A stretch of DNA of 64,000 bases from Abditibacterium sp. (GTDB taxonomy: Bacteria; Armatimonadota; Abditibacteriia; Abditibacteriales; Abditibacteriaceae), in the NCBI GenBank assembly GCA_965199495.1, contig CBDASK010000003.1, forward strand, positions 2,048,001-2,112,000, written 5' to 3'. This document shows positions 10,688 through 21,300 of this stretch, in pieces. The notes beneath the pieces were generated by a model. The model made no database searches and had not been told where the DNA came from. It was given only the letters and a program-made list of their open reading frames with translations. The translations under genes were made by a program, and so were the position numbers. Every line of letters starts with the position of its first letter. Position 1 is the stretch's first letter.

Positions 10688-11176
10688 ATGCAACCTTTTA
10701 TTCTCACGCTGTGGCTCGACGCTGAATCGGCGCGCCGATTTAACGAACTGCGCCAGCGATATTTTCCGCGCGAACGTAATTATCTCGATGCGCATTTGAC
10801 TTTATTTCACGCTTTGCCCGCCGAAGCCGAAACGTGCATTCGCGCCGATTTGGACGAGATTTGCGCGCGCACTCCCAAACTCGATTTGAGTTATCCCGGC
10901 TTGCGATTTTTAGGCAAAGGCAGCGCCGTCGAAGTCGAATCGGGCGAATTAGTGCAACTGCGTCGCGAACTTTCAGCGAAGTGGCGCGATTTGCTCGGCG
11001 CGCAGGATTCGCGCGTGATTAAGCCGCATATAACGATTCAAAATAAAGTCGCGCCCGACCCGGCGCGCGCATTGTTCGATCAATTATCGCGCGACTGGCA
11101 ACCGTTTGACGGGTCGGGCGAAGGGCTTTTGTTGTGGCGCTATCAGGGCGGCCCGTGGGACGCGGCGGGGCAGTAG
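10688..11176 (+). CDS. 2H phosphoesterase (2'-5' RNA ligase family)
   Basis: Two HxT motifs: AHLTLF and PHITIQNK. Confidence 0.85.
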   Translation: MQPFILTLWLDAESARRFNELRQRYFPRERNYLDAHLTLFHALPAEAETCIRADLDEICARTPKLDLSYPGLRFLGKGSAVEVESGELVQLRRELSAKWRDLLGAQDSRVIKPHITIQNKVAPDPARALFDQLSRDWQPFDGSGEGLLLWRYQGGPWDAAGQ

Positions 11177-11202
11177 AAATTCGCGGGTCAGCCGATAATT
11201 TA

Positions 11203-11325
11203 GCGAATGAATTCGCGGCAACGTAGGGCTAAGCCCGCCTACGCGGACTGGAATTAAGACCCGAAAGAGTTCGCCCGCAGTCCGCGTAGGCGGACTTGGC
11301 TCTACGTTGCCGCGAATTCATTCGC
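11203..11325. repeat. REP-like palindrome (GCGAATGAATTCGC type)
   Basis: Inverted arms GCGAATGAATTCGCGGCAACGTAG...CTACGTTGCCGCGAATTCATTCGC. Confidence 0.85.
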
Positions 11326-11392
11326 GGGAATAAGAGCAGCGAAACTCTTTGTGACCACTTGAGACCGGAACAATTTATTTACTACCCAATGC

Positions 11393-13414
11393 TTAAACCC
11401 ACGGAAAACCGGGCACGCTCCAGCCACGCGCGATGTTTCCAATACTCCAGAAGACTGCCGATGTGAATTCGCCCAAAATCAGGCCCAGCATGAAGGGCGC
11501 CAGCTTGCGATACGTGTCTATGCCGCCGAACTTCAGGACGGCGCTTTTGACGATCCACGCCACCAAAAAAGGAAACCAAAAAACCCACATCGTCCATGTC
11601 GGCGCCAGAGCGTAGCCCAACGGGTGAAGGGGAAACCACGAGAACTGCGCGCGCGCCCACACCATCGCGATTGTCAAAACGATGCCCACAGCCAAACCGC
11701 CGTAGGATGTCGAGTCGGGCACGAAACCGCTACCGCTACCAATCGCCGCGCCCTGATTGAACATATTGCGCGCGTTGAACTGCGGATAATCGTAGAGCGC
11801 CAAACCGCCCGTCTTGTAATTGGTATAAAGCATGAACGCGCAACTCACAACAAAGGCGACGACGATGCTGCCCAACAACGGCCAGCGCATCGCGCGCGGC
11901 TTGAGGCCAACTTCGACGGCCATTTTTTGCGTGTCCATGAACGGCGAGAGCAACACGCCGCGCAAATCGCGCGCAAATGTCGCGTTGGTGAGTCCCAGCA
12001 TCGCCGCGTTGTGCGGCCCCATGCCCGCGAGCGGATAGACCAGCGAAATCAGATGTTGCGGCAAAAACGAGGTTTCGGTCATCAAAAGTCCGGCCTCGGC
12101 CACCGCGCGCGACATCACGACGGCGACGAAAAAGATGTAAATGGCCATCTGCGCCAAGGCCAGCCACGGGTTTAGGCCCGCCAGTCCCAGCCACAAAACG
12201 ATACCGCCAAAGCTCAAAATTAGCCCTACAACGGCGGCGCGATAGGAAAAGAGTTCGCCCGAATCGTCGCCCGCTTCGCCCAAATGCGCGCGGTTGCCGC
12301 GCCCCAGCCACGCCGACTGCAACACGACTTTAAAGCTCGGCCAGCCCACGCGCGCCCAAGTGAAAACCAAAACTAAATACGCGCCCGCCGCCTGAAATCC
12401 CGTCCAAATGCGCGCGTTGTGAGTCACGATACTCATCGGCAAACCGCCCATCTGCACCGCCGCCGCATCCTGTAAACGCGTGAGGACGAAGAAAAACCAC
12501 AGCGAAAATAGCAAATCCGTCGGCAAAAAATAGGCGAATCCCAAAGCGGCCAGCGAGAAATAAATGTTGAAACCGTCCATCGAATTCCACGGGCGCTCAG
12601 AAAAATAGGGCTTCAAATCCAAATCCATCACGAATTTGGGCACATCGGGAAAATTGGCCGCCAATCCGTTGACGCCAAAGATAAAAAACGCGAAAAGGGC
12701 GCCCGCCCACATCATCGGGTTGGAGAAAAACGGCTGGCCTTCGATTTCGTCTTTAGCCAGCGCCAAAGGCAACGCTGTGAGCGGAAATCTGAGCTGTTCG
12801 TTGTCCATCCATTGTTTGCGCAGGAGGGTTGCCAGACACAAAAAGCACCACACGACGCACGCCCACAACGCGCCCCACGCCACCAATGGCCCCAGCCACG
12901 TCGCCCACGGAATCGCGCCGCCGTTGCCTTCCCAAAAACCCGAAATCGCGGGCGGCGCGGCGCCAACCGCGTTGGCCGGAGAAAACGGCATCGCCCACGC
13001 GGGCATATATTGGCTGACGGTTTCGGCCAACTTATTCTCGCGCGTCGCAAAATAAGGCAAATAAGCGAGCGGCGGAATTAATTTTTCGATGATGCCGCGC
13101 GTCGAAACCATCACGCCAACCAACGCCATCGCGTAAATCACGATGAGTTCGGCGGGATTGAGAATTTGTAACTTCGCCCATTTCACTAGACCGCGATTAA
13201 ATAGCGCCAATCCCAGCAGCGCCACAACGGCGGGCGGCGCGATCTGCAATACGCCGAATTGCACGACTTTCGAGACCATATCGGCGTAAATGCTGAGGCA
13301 GCACAGCGCCATAACCAAAGGCAAACCGAGGAGAAAAGTGCGCGCCCGCACGCGCGGTGGCTCTAATGTTGGAACCGATTTGAGCGGCGCATCGGTTGGG
13401 AGAACTTCGGGCAT
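11393..13414 (-). CDS. DUF6785/DUF6784-type, OPT-like polytopic membrane protein
   Basis: LRKQWMDNEQLRFPL, WFPLHPLGY, PFMLGLILGE; many TM helices. Confidence 0.75.
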   Translation of the reverse strand: MPEVLPTDAPLKSVPTLEPPRVRARTFLLGLPLVMALCCLSIYADMVSKVVQFGVLQIAPPAVVALLGLALFNRGLVKWAKLQILNPAELIVIYAMALVGVMVSTRGIIEKLIPPLAYLPYFATRENKLAETVSQYMPAWAMPFSPANAVGAAPPAISGFWEGNGGAIPWATWLGPLVAWGALWACVVWCFLCLATLLRKQWMDNEQLRFPLTALPLALAKDEIEGQPFFSNPMMWAGALFAFFIFGVNGLAANFPDVPKFVMDLDLKPYFSERPWNSMDGFNIYFSLAALGFAYFLPTDLLFSLWFFFVLTRLQDAAAVQMGGLPMSIVTHNARIWTGFQAAGAYLVLVFTWARVGWPSFKVVLQSAWLGRGNRAHLGEAGDDSGELFSYRAAVVGLILSFGGIVLWLGLAGLNPWLALAQMAIYIFFVAVVMSRAVAEAGLLMTETSFLPQHLISLVYPLAGMGPHNAAMLGLTNATFARDLRGVLLSPFMDTQKMAVEVGLKPRAMRWPLLGSIVVAFVVSCAFMLYTNYKTGGLALYDYPQFNARNMFNQGAAIGSGSGFVPDSTSYGGLAVGIVLTIAMVWARAQFSWFPLHPLGYALAPTWTMWVFWFPFLVAWIVKSAVLKFGGIDTYRKLAPFMLGLILGEFTSAVFWSIGNIARGWSVPGFPWV

Positions 13415-13490
13415 AAAGTCCTTCCAGTGTGCGCTTTATACTCGCCCGCTGCAAACGGAGCAGCGAAGTTTGAAAAGCGAAATTTGAGTT

Positions 13491-13952
13491 TCAAATAATC
13501 GGGGTTTTGACAGGATTTTTTGCGGGAGCTACAATAATTGTTTTCCACAAACCGCCCAGCGCAAACAGTGTGATCAATGTGCCGATGCCCAGCGAACTCG
13601 CTGCGTTATTCCAAATGTTTAAAGCGAAAATTACGACGTGAGCGATGGCGTAAATCAACAATATCTTCGGGAGTTTCGGCGACAGATCAGCGCCCCCGGC
13701 GCGCGCACAAACCACGCCCGCTGCGCCAAAGGCCGCGATAATCGGCAACCAGTTGGGAATTTGCATGCCCCACAATGTCAAATTGCTTTTCCACGCGTTC
13801 GCCAAAATCACGATACCATCAGCAGGAATTTCAGTAGAAAAACCGCCGAAATTGTTGGGAAACGAAGTTGTAAATCTTCCCCACGTTAAAAACGAGGCGA
13901 CGCTCAAAACAATGAGCCACGCCCACGCTGCCGCCGGAAGGGAATTTTTCAT
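13491..13952 (-). CDS. Hypothetical membrane protein
   Basis: About four hydrophobic segments. Confidence 0.6.
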   Translation of the reverse strand: MKNSLPAAAWAWLIVLSVASFLTWGRFTTSFPNNFGGFSTEIPADGIVILANAWKSNLTLWGMQIPNWLPIIAAFGAAGVVCARAGGADLSPKLPKILLIYAIAHVVIFALNIWNNAASSLGIGTLITLFALGGLWKTIIVAPAKNPVKTPII

Positions 13953-13977
13953 GGTCTCACAATTTTACCAATTTCGC

Positions 13978-14520
13978 TCACCAAGTCCACAAATGCGGTT
14001 CGATAGTTGAGCCTTCGATAGTCAGCAAGCCGCAACCGTAATTTTGTCCCATGCGCTTATCGGTTGGCGAGCCGGGGTTAAACAACAAAACTTCGCGGCC
14101 CTCGATGCGATGCCACATCAACATCGGATTGTGCGAATGGCCGAAAATCAGGCAATTCACGTCGTCCTCGAACTCGAATAACGAGAGCGCGTTGGCGGCG
14201 GTTGAATTGTTGCCGGGAAATTGACCGAGCGGTTTTTCGTAGCGCGTGCTGCCCCGATCGCCGTGGCACAAACCGATGACGACATCTTCGACTTCAAAGC
14301 GGCGCGAGCGCGGCAGTTCGAGATGCGCGGGGTCGTTATTGCCGCGCACGCCGATGACGGGCGCGATGACCGACAAATCGTTGATGGCGCGGCGCGCGGT
14401 GAAATCGCCCGCGTGCAAGATGTAATCAACGCCGCGAAAATACTCGAACACGCGGCCCGGAATGCAGCGCCGTCCGGTTTCCGAGAGGTGAGTGTCGCTA
14501 ATAACGCCGATTTTGTGCAT
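13978..14520 (-). CDS. YfcE/MJ0936-family metallophosphoesterase
   Basis: ISDTH, HAGD, GNND, FGHSH, NPGS. Confidence 0.92.
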   Translation of the reverse strand: MHKIGVISDTHLSETGRRCIPGRVFEYFRGVDYILHAGDFTARRAINDLSVIAPVIGVRGNNDPAHLELPRSRRFEVEDVVIGLCHGDRGSTRYEKPLGQFPGNNSTAANALSLFEFEDDVNCLIFGHSHNPMLMWHRIEGREVLLFNPGSPTDKRMGQNYGCGLLTIEGSTIEPHLWTW

Positions 14521-14529
14521 AGTTTTTAA

Positions 14530-14632
14530 GGTGACAAGTAGCAGGTCTCAGGTGGCAAGTGAAGGAAGCGCGCACTTTCGCTCAACTTTTAATTTCTTCC
14601 CTTGCCACTTGTTACTTGAAACCTGACACCTT
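14530..14632. repeat. Inverted pair of degenerate heptamer arrays
   Basis: GTGACAA GTAGCAG GTCTCAG GTGGCAA ... CTTGCCA CTTGTTA CTTGAAA CCTGACA. Confidence 0.75.
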
Positions 14633-15706
14633 TTAAGGAAAAACCGGCGCGCTGTTTAATCCCATCGTTTCGGGCAAACCGAACATAATGTTTAAGTTTT
14701 GCAGCGCCTGGCCGGACGCGCCTTTAAGGAGGTTATCTTCCGCAGATATGACGATGAGGCGACCGGTGCGAGCGTCAACTTTCGTGCCAATGTCACAGAA
14801 ATTCGAGCCGTTGACGTGCTTAATCTGCGGGTATTGGCCCAACGGCAAAACGCGCACGAAGGGTTCGTGCTGATAACATTCGGTCAAAATTTGATGCGCG
14901 TCTTCGCTCGTCATTTCGTTCATCGGCGCGGCGTAGCAGGTGCTTAAAATGCCGCGCGCGACCGGCAATAAGTGCGCGGTAAACGTAATAATCGCGCGCG
15001 CTTCTGGGTCTTGCGGATTGGGCGAAACATCGTTGAGCATCTGCTCGATTTCGGGCGTGTGACGATGTCCGGCGACGTTATAGGCTTTGAAATCGCCGAC
15101 GTATTCGGGAAAATGCGTGCCGACACCAAAGCTGGCGCGCCCGGCGCCCGAAACGCCCGACGCGCTGTTGACGATAATCGAATGCGCCTTAATCGCAGAT
15201 TTGGCGATGAACGGCGCCAAAGCCAAAATCGCCGAGGTCGGGTAACAACCGGGATTGGCGACGAGTTGAGCCGTTTTAATTTTCTCGCGATTCCATTCGG
15301 GCAAACCGTAGACGACTTCGCGAAGTAATTCGGGCGCGCTGTGTTCGAGATGATACCATTCGCGATAAGAATCGGCGTCGCGCAAACGGAAATCGGCACC
15401 CAGATCAATCACGCGCACGCCACGTTTTAAGAGTTGCGGCGCGATTTCGAGGGCTTTGCCGTGTCCCAGCGCGATAACAGCCACGTCGCACGTATCGGCG
15501 ATTTCGTCGAGGTTAATTTCGCTCAAAACCAAATCGCACACGCCGCGAAGGGACGGAAACAGATCGGATAATTTACACCCGACGCGTTCGCCCGACGCCG
15601 TGGCTACTGTTAATTGTGCGCCATCGTGGCCCGCCAAAAGGCGCGCTAATTCGGAGCCGGTATAACCCGACGCGCCGATGAGGGCGACGGAAAATTTTTC
15701 GCTCAT
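14633..15706 (-). CDS. argC: N-acetyl-gamma-glutamyl-phosphate reductase
   Basis: GASGYTG, VANPGCYPT, SGVSGAG, HRHTPEI, DNLLKGASGQA. Confidence 0.97.
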   Translation of the reverse strand: MSEKFSVALIGASGYTGSELARLLAGHDGAQLTVATASGERVGCKLSDLFPSLRGVCDLVLSEINLDEIADTCDVAVIALGHGKALEIAPQLLKRGVRVIDLGADFRLRDADSYREWYHLEHSAPELLREVVYGLPEWNREKIKTAQLVANPGCYPTSAILALAPFIAKSAIKAHSIIVNSASGVSGAGRASFGVGTHFPEYVGDFKAYNVAGHRHTPEIEQMLNDVSPNPQDPEARAIITFTAHLLPVARGILSTCYAAPMNEMTSEDAHQILTECYQHEPFVRVLPLGQYPQIKHVNGSNFCDIGTKVDARTGRLIVISAEDNLLKGASGQALQNLNIMFGLPETMGLNSAPVFP

Positions 15707-15785
15707 AGCAAGGCAGTTTAGGCTAAAACTAAACTTTCTCAGAAGTCGGCGCGAAACGGGTAAATTCGGCTTCTCCAAAATCACT

Positions 15786-16436
15786 ATGAAAAAAGCATTA
15801 ATGGTCTGGGGCGGTTGGGCGGGTCACGAGCCGGAGCAAACCGTGAAACGGTTCGAGCCGTTTCTGCGCGACAATGGTTTCGAGGTGCGCATCGAAGACA
15901 ACATGGACGTTTACACCGACACCGAATATATGAAATCGCTGTCGCTCGTGGTGCCGATTTGGACGATGGGCAGCATTGAAAACGAACAGGAAAAAGGTTT
16001 GCTCGAAGCCGTCAAGTCGGGCGTCGGCCTGGTCGGTTGGCACGGCGGAAGCGGCGATTCGTTTCGCCAGAACACCGGCTATCAGTGGATGATCGGCGGC
16101 CAGTGGGTCGCGCATCCGGGCAATATCATGGATTACACGGTGCAAATCACCGACAAAGACCACGAAATCACGCGCGGCTTGAACGATTTTTCGATGCACT
16201 CGGAGCAGTATTATATGCACACCGATCCGGGCAACCACATTTTGGCGACCACGACATTTTCGGGGCAGCACGAAGGCGCCGATTGGATTGCGGGCACGGT
16301 CATGCCGGTTTTATGGACGCGTATGTGGGGCAAAGGCCGCGTGTTCTATTCGTCTCTGGGCCATGTCAACTCAGATTTTGAAGTGCCCGAAGCCGCCGAA
16401 ACCGTGCGTCGCGGAATGTTGTGGGCGGCGCGTTAG
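15786..16436 (+). CDS. ThuA-like domain protein
   Basis: VWGGWAGHEP, SEQYYMH, GKGRVFYSSLGH. Confidence 0.88.
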   Translation: MKKALMVWGGWAGHEPEQTVKRFEPFLRDNGFEVRIEDNMDVYTDTEYMKSLSLVVPIWTMGSIENEQEKGLLEAVKSGVGLVGWHGGSGDSFRQNTGYQWMIGGQWVAHPGNIMDYTVQITDKDHEITRGLNDFSMHSEQYYMHTDPGNHILATTTFSGQHEGADWIAGTVMPVLWTRMWGKGRVFYSSLGHVNSDFEVPEAAETVRRGMLWAAR

Positions 16437-17078
16437 GTAAGGAACAAGGGGCAGGGAGCAAGGGACAGGGATAGCGGAATTTACTTGTTGGGACTGGTAT
16501 CAGACTGACAGGTGGCAGTGTTTTAAGCAGACAACTTCCGCAATAGCTAAAAATTTCCGCTAAGATAACAACAAATAGCGGACTGAAATTCCCCCAATCT
16601 TGTCCTTTGTTCCCTATCCCTTGTCCCATTTTTTATCATGGCTATCAAGCGTTTTGAAGACATCAAATCTTGTCAAGAGGCGCGCGTGTTGGCCGGAGAA
16701 ATTTACGAAATTACAAATGGTGGTGATTTTGCTCGCGACTATGGTTTGAGAGACCAAATTCGGCGGGCCACAGTTTCGATATTGAGCAATATCGCCGAAG
16801 GCTTCGAGAAAGATACGCCGCGCGAGTTCTGTCGATATTTACGCATCGCAAAAGGCTCGGCGGGTGAGGTGCGCGCCCAACTTTACGTGGCGCTTGATGT
16901 CGGTTTTCTAACCGAAACGCAATTCAATTTGCTCTATAATCGCGTCAGCACTATCAGTCGATTACTTCACGGACTGGTTCGCCAACAAGAAGCCGTCATA
17001 GATTCTCAACAACCTCCGCGCCCATCCAAAACATTGTAATCTCTTTACTTGTCCCCTGTCCCTTGCTCCTTGTCCCTT
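16437..17078. repeat. Heptamer arrays bracketing the four-helix-bundle gene
   Basis: GGRRCAR array at 16441-16470; complementary YTGYYCC arrays at 16599-16628 and 17048-17078. Confidence 0.8.
16638..17039 (+). CDS. Four helix bundle protein (23S rRNA intervening-sequence protein / bAvd-like)
   Basis: FEDI...DQIRRATVSILSNIAEG...IAKGSAGEVRAQLYVALDVGFL. Confidence 0.93.
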   Translation: MAIKRFEDIKSCQEARVLAGEIYEITNGGDFARDYGLRDQIRRATVSILSNIAEGFEKDTPREFCRYLRIAKGSAGEVRAQLYVALDVGFLTETQFNLLYNRVSTISRLLHGLVRQQEAVIDSQQPPRPSKTL

Positions 17079-17083
17079 AGAAT

Positions 17084-18190
<1,107 letters not shown>

Positions 18191-18246
18191 ATTTGGAAAC
18201 GGCGAGCGCTCGAAGTGTTCGCTGTTTTTGTTAAATTCGTAGCTTC

Positions 18247-18382
18247 TATAGCTTTTCCTAATTAGCAAACTACACCAGCGGGGCTGACGCCCTCTTCCAA
18301 TCGGCGGAGTTCCTCGAAAGCGCGCTGATTGGAAGAGGGCGTCAGCCCCGCTGGTGTAGTTTGCTAATTAGGAAAAGCTATA
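18247..18382. repeat. Perfect 56 bp inverted repeat (AGCGGGGCTGACGC core)
   Basis: Arms 18247-18302 and 18327-18382; overlaps the kinase stop codon. Confidence 0.9.
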
Positions 18383-21300
18383 CAACAGTTCGCCGCACGC
18401 CTTCAGCAATGCGTCCATTTCGATGGGTTTGGCCAGATGACGCTGAAAGCCCGCCGCCTGAGCGCGCTCGATGTCGGCGGGCGAGGCATACGCCGTGAGG
18501 GCAATCGCGGGCAGCGCGGGCAGACGCGCGCGCATCTGTTTCAATAATTCGTAGCCGTCCATTGCGGGCATTCCGATGTCGGAAATCGCGAGTTGTGGCG
18601 CGAACTCATCGAGCAGTTGCAGCGCCTGCGCCGCCGATGCCGCCACGCGCACGCGGGCGTCGTGGCTCTCCAAGAGGCGCGCCAGGGTTTCGCGTGTGTC
18701 GGCTTCGTCGTCAATCAGCAAAATGCGGGCGTTTTTCATATTTCTCGAATTCGACGAGAGCGTTGGATTCTCCCCGTTTTCCACTTCGCCCGCGACCCTC
18801 AAAAGCGGAACTTCGACGCGGAAAGTCGCGCCCCGACCTTCGCCCTCGGAATGGGCGCTGACTTGCCCGTCGTGCATGGCGACGATGTGGCGCACAATCG
18901 CCAAACCCAAACCCAAACCGCCCGCTTTGCGCGTCGAACTCGAATCGGCTTGGCGAAACGCCTCGAAGACATCGGGCAAAAATTCGGGCGCAATGCCCTG
19001 TCCGCTATCAGCGATTTCGAGCGTTGCAGTCGGCGTTTCGCCCGCGTTTTTGGTGCGCAGAGAAATCGCGATATGGCCGCCCGATGGCGTGAATTTGATC
19101 GCGTTCGACATCAAATTCCACACGACTTGCTGAAAGCGATTGACGTCAATTGACGCCAGACCGACTTCGTTTAAATCGAGACGCAGTTCGATGTTTTTGT
19201 TGTCGGCGATTAATCGCAAACTTTCGACTGCATTGCGCACCAGCAAAGTCAAATCGAGCGGTTTGCGCTCCAGCCGCAGCTTGCCCGACGTGATGCGCGA
19301 AACATCCAAAATATCGTTGACGATTTGCGATTGCGCGCGCGCATTGCGCTCGATCACGTCGTAGCCCTGCGCGCGCAGTTCATCGGTCATGGCGGGCGCG
19401 CGCAACAAATCGAGCCAGCCTAAAATTGGCGTCAACGGCGTGCGCAGTTCGTGTGAGACGACCGCCAAAAACTCGTCTTTGGCCAGATTGGCCGCTTCGG
19501 CTTCGTCGCGCGCTTGCTGCGCCTCACGAAACAAGCGCGCGTTATCCGCCGTCAACGCTGCGCGCACGGCCAGTTCGCTCGCCAACTCCAAATCCTGTTC
19601 GTCATAGATGCGGCCCGAATCGGAAGTTATCCAAATCATCAGGCCCACGGTGCGGCCACGCGCAACAAGGGGCGCCACAATCGCACTCCGAGCGCCGATT
19701 TGCTGGGCCAGTTTCACGAATTCCGCGCTTGTGCCGCGCTGAACCAAACTGTGCGTGTCGTGATTGGGATAAAATTGAGGTTTCCCCGTCGAAAGCGCGC
19801 CCGCGATGTCCCACGGTGGCGCTGGATCGCGCGCCAATTGAGCGGCAAAACGACTTGCGATTTCGGCATTGTCTTTGACATCGGCGCCCGAAATGTGGGC
19901 GATTTCGGCGTTGTGCAACAGACCGTCGGCGCCGGGGATGGCGACGATGCACCAATCGGCGACTGTGGGCACACACAGATTCGCCAGTCGCCCGTGGCTG
20001 GTGCTATCGTCGAGCGTGGCGATGAGCGCGCTTCCGGCGTTGGCCAGAAACCGTTGCGCGGCCTGCTCGCGCGCGCGCCGCGTGATGTCGTCGAAAATGG
20101 CGATGCCCGCCGTGATTTTGCCGTCGCGGTCGCGAATCGGCGAGGCCGTGACGCGTAGCACGCGACTGCCGCCATCGCCGGGCAACAAAACTTCTTCGTC
20201 TTTGACGATTTCTCCAGTTTCGATGGCGCGCGCGAGCGGCCATTCCTGTGCCTGAAGCTGGTGACCGTTGGGCCAAAACGCGCGATAATTGCGGTAATCG
20301 GTGATTTTGTCGAGCGCGACGCGTTGCCCGATGACGCGGTCAACCTGCGCGTTGCCCAGTAATAAACGGCCCGATGGCGCCTCGGCGATAATCACCGCCG
20401 AGGGCATCTGTTGCAGCACGGCTTCCAAACGCGAGCGCTCGTTTTCGAGTTCGATGACCAATCGCGTCTTCTCTTCTTCGTCGCGAATGCGCTCGGAAAT
20501 GTCCAGCACAATCGCGCCCACGCCCAGCAATTCGCTCGACGTTAGTCCGGCGTTTTCGATGCGCACCGGATAAAGCGAAACCAGACAGAAGCGTGTGCCT
20601 CCGTCGGATTGATCGCTCAAAACGAACTCGCCGCTGGCCTCTCCGGTGCGCCAGACTTCTTGCAAACGCCGCTCGAATTCACTGTCAGTTTCGTGCAAAA
20701 CCTCGCGCATAGTGCGCCCGATGTGTTCGCTAATCGGCTTGCCGTTGATGGCGGCGAGGGCGTTATTGAGCAGAACGTAACGCTCGTTGCGGTCGAACAG
20801 CGCGAATCCGACCGGCGCCGAATCGAGCAACGTGTTCAAAAGCGCCAACGATTCCTGCTGGCGCCGCGCCAAATCGCGCGTTTGATCATCCAAACGTGCG
20901 CGATCCAGTGCTTGCGCGCAACTATTGGCTAACGTCTGCAAAAACAGGCGCGATTCGTCGTCGAAAACGCGCGGCTCGCTCCACGAAAGCGCCATCACGC
21001 TGACGACTTCGCCCTCGGCTTCGAGCGGCAACAGCGCGATGGACTTGGTGCCGGTGGCTGGTAATGTCTTTTCGAGCGACGGAAACCGTTCCGCCCAATC
21101 CCATGCTGTGTCCATCCACAACGGCGCGCGCGAACGATAAACATGGGCAATCGGGTGATCGCTGTTCACTTCAATCGAGGAAAATTTATCCACGGTTCCG
21201 TCTGGGTAACCGCGCGCGCCAATGGTTTCGAGCGTGTGCGGATTGGCGACATCATTGGGTGCCACCAGCACGCCGCCGCGCGCACCGACGGTTTCGGTGA

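Noticed and set aside
11174..11203. Possible premature TAG or readthrough in the 2H phosphoesterase
   Set aside because: Both HxT motifs are complete and only a few residues would be added
16638..17039. Diversity-generating retroelement suggested by the bAvd-like gene
   Set aside because: No reverse transcriptase or template/variable repeat pair in the window
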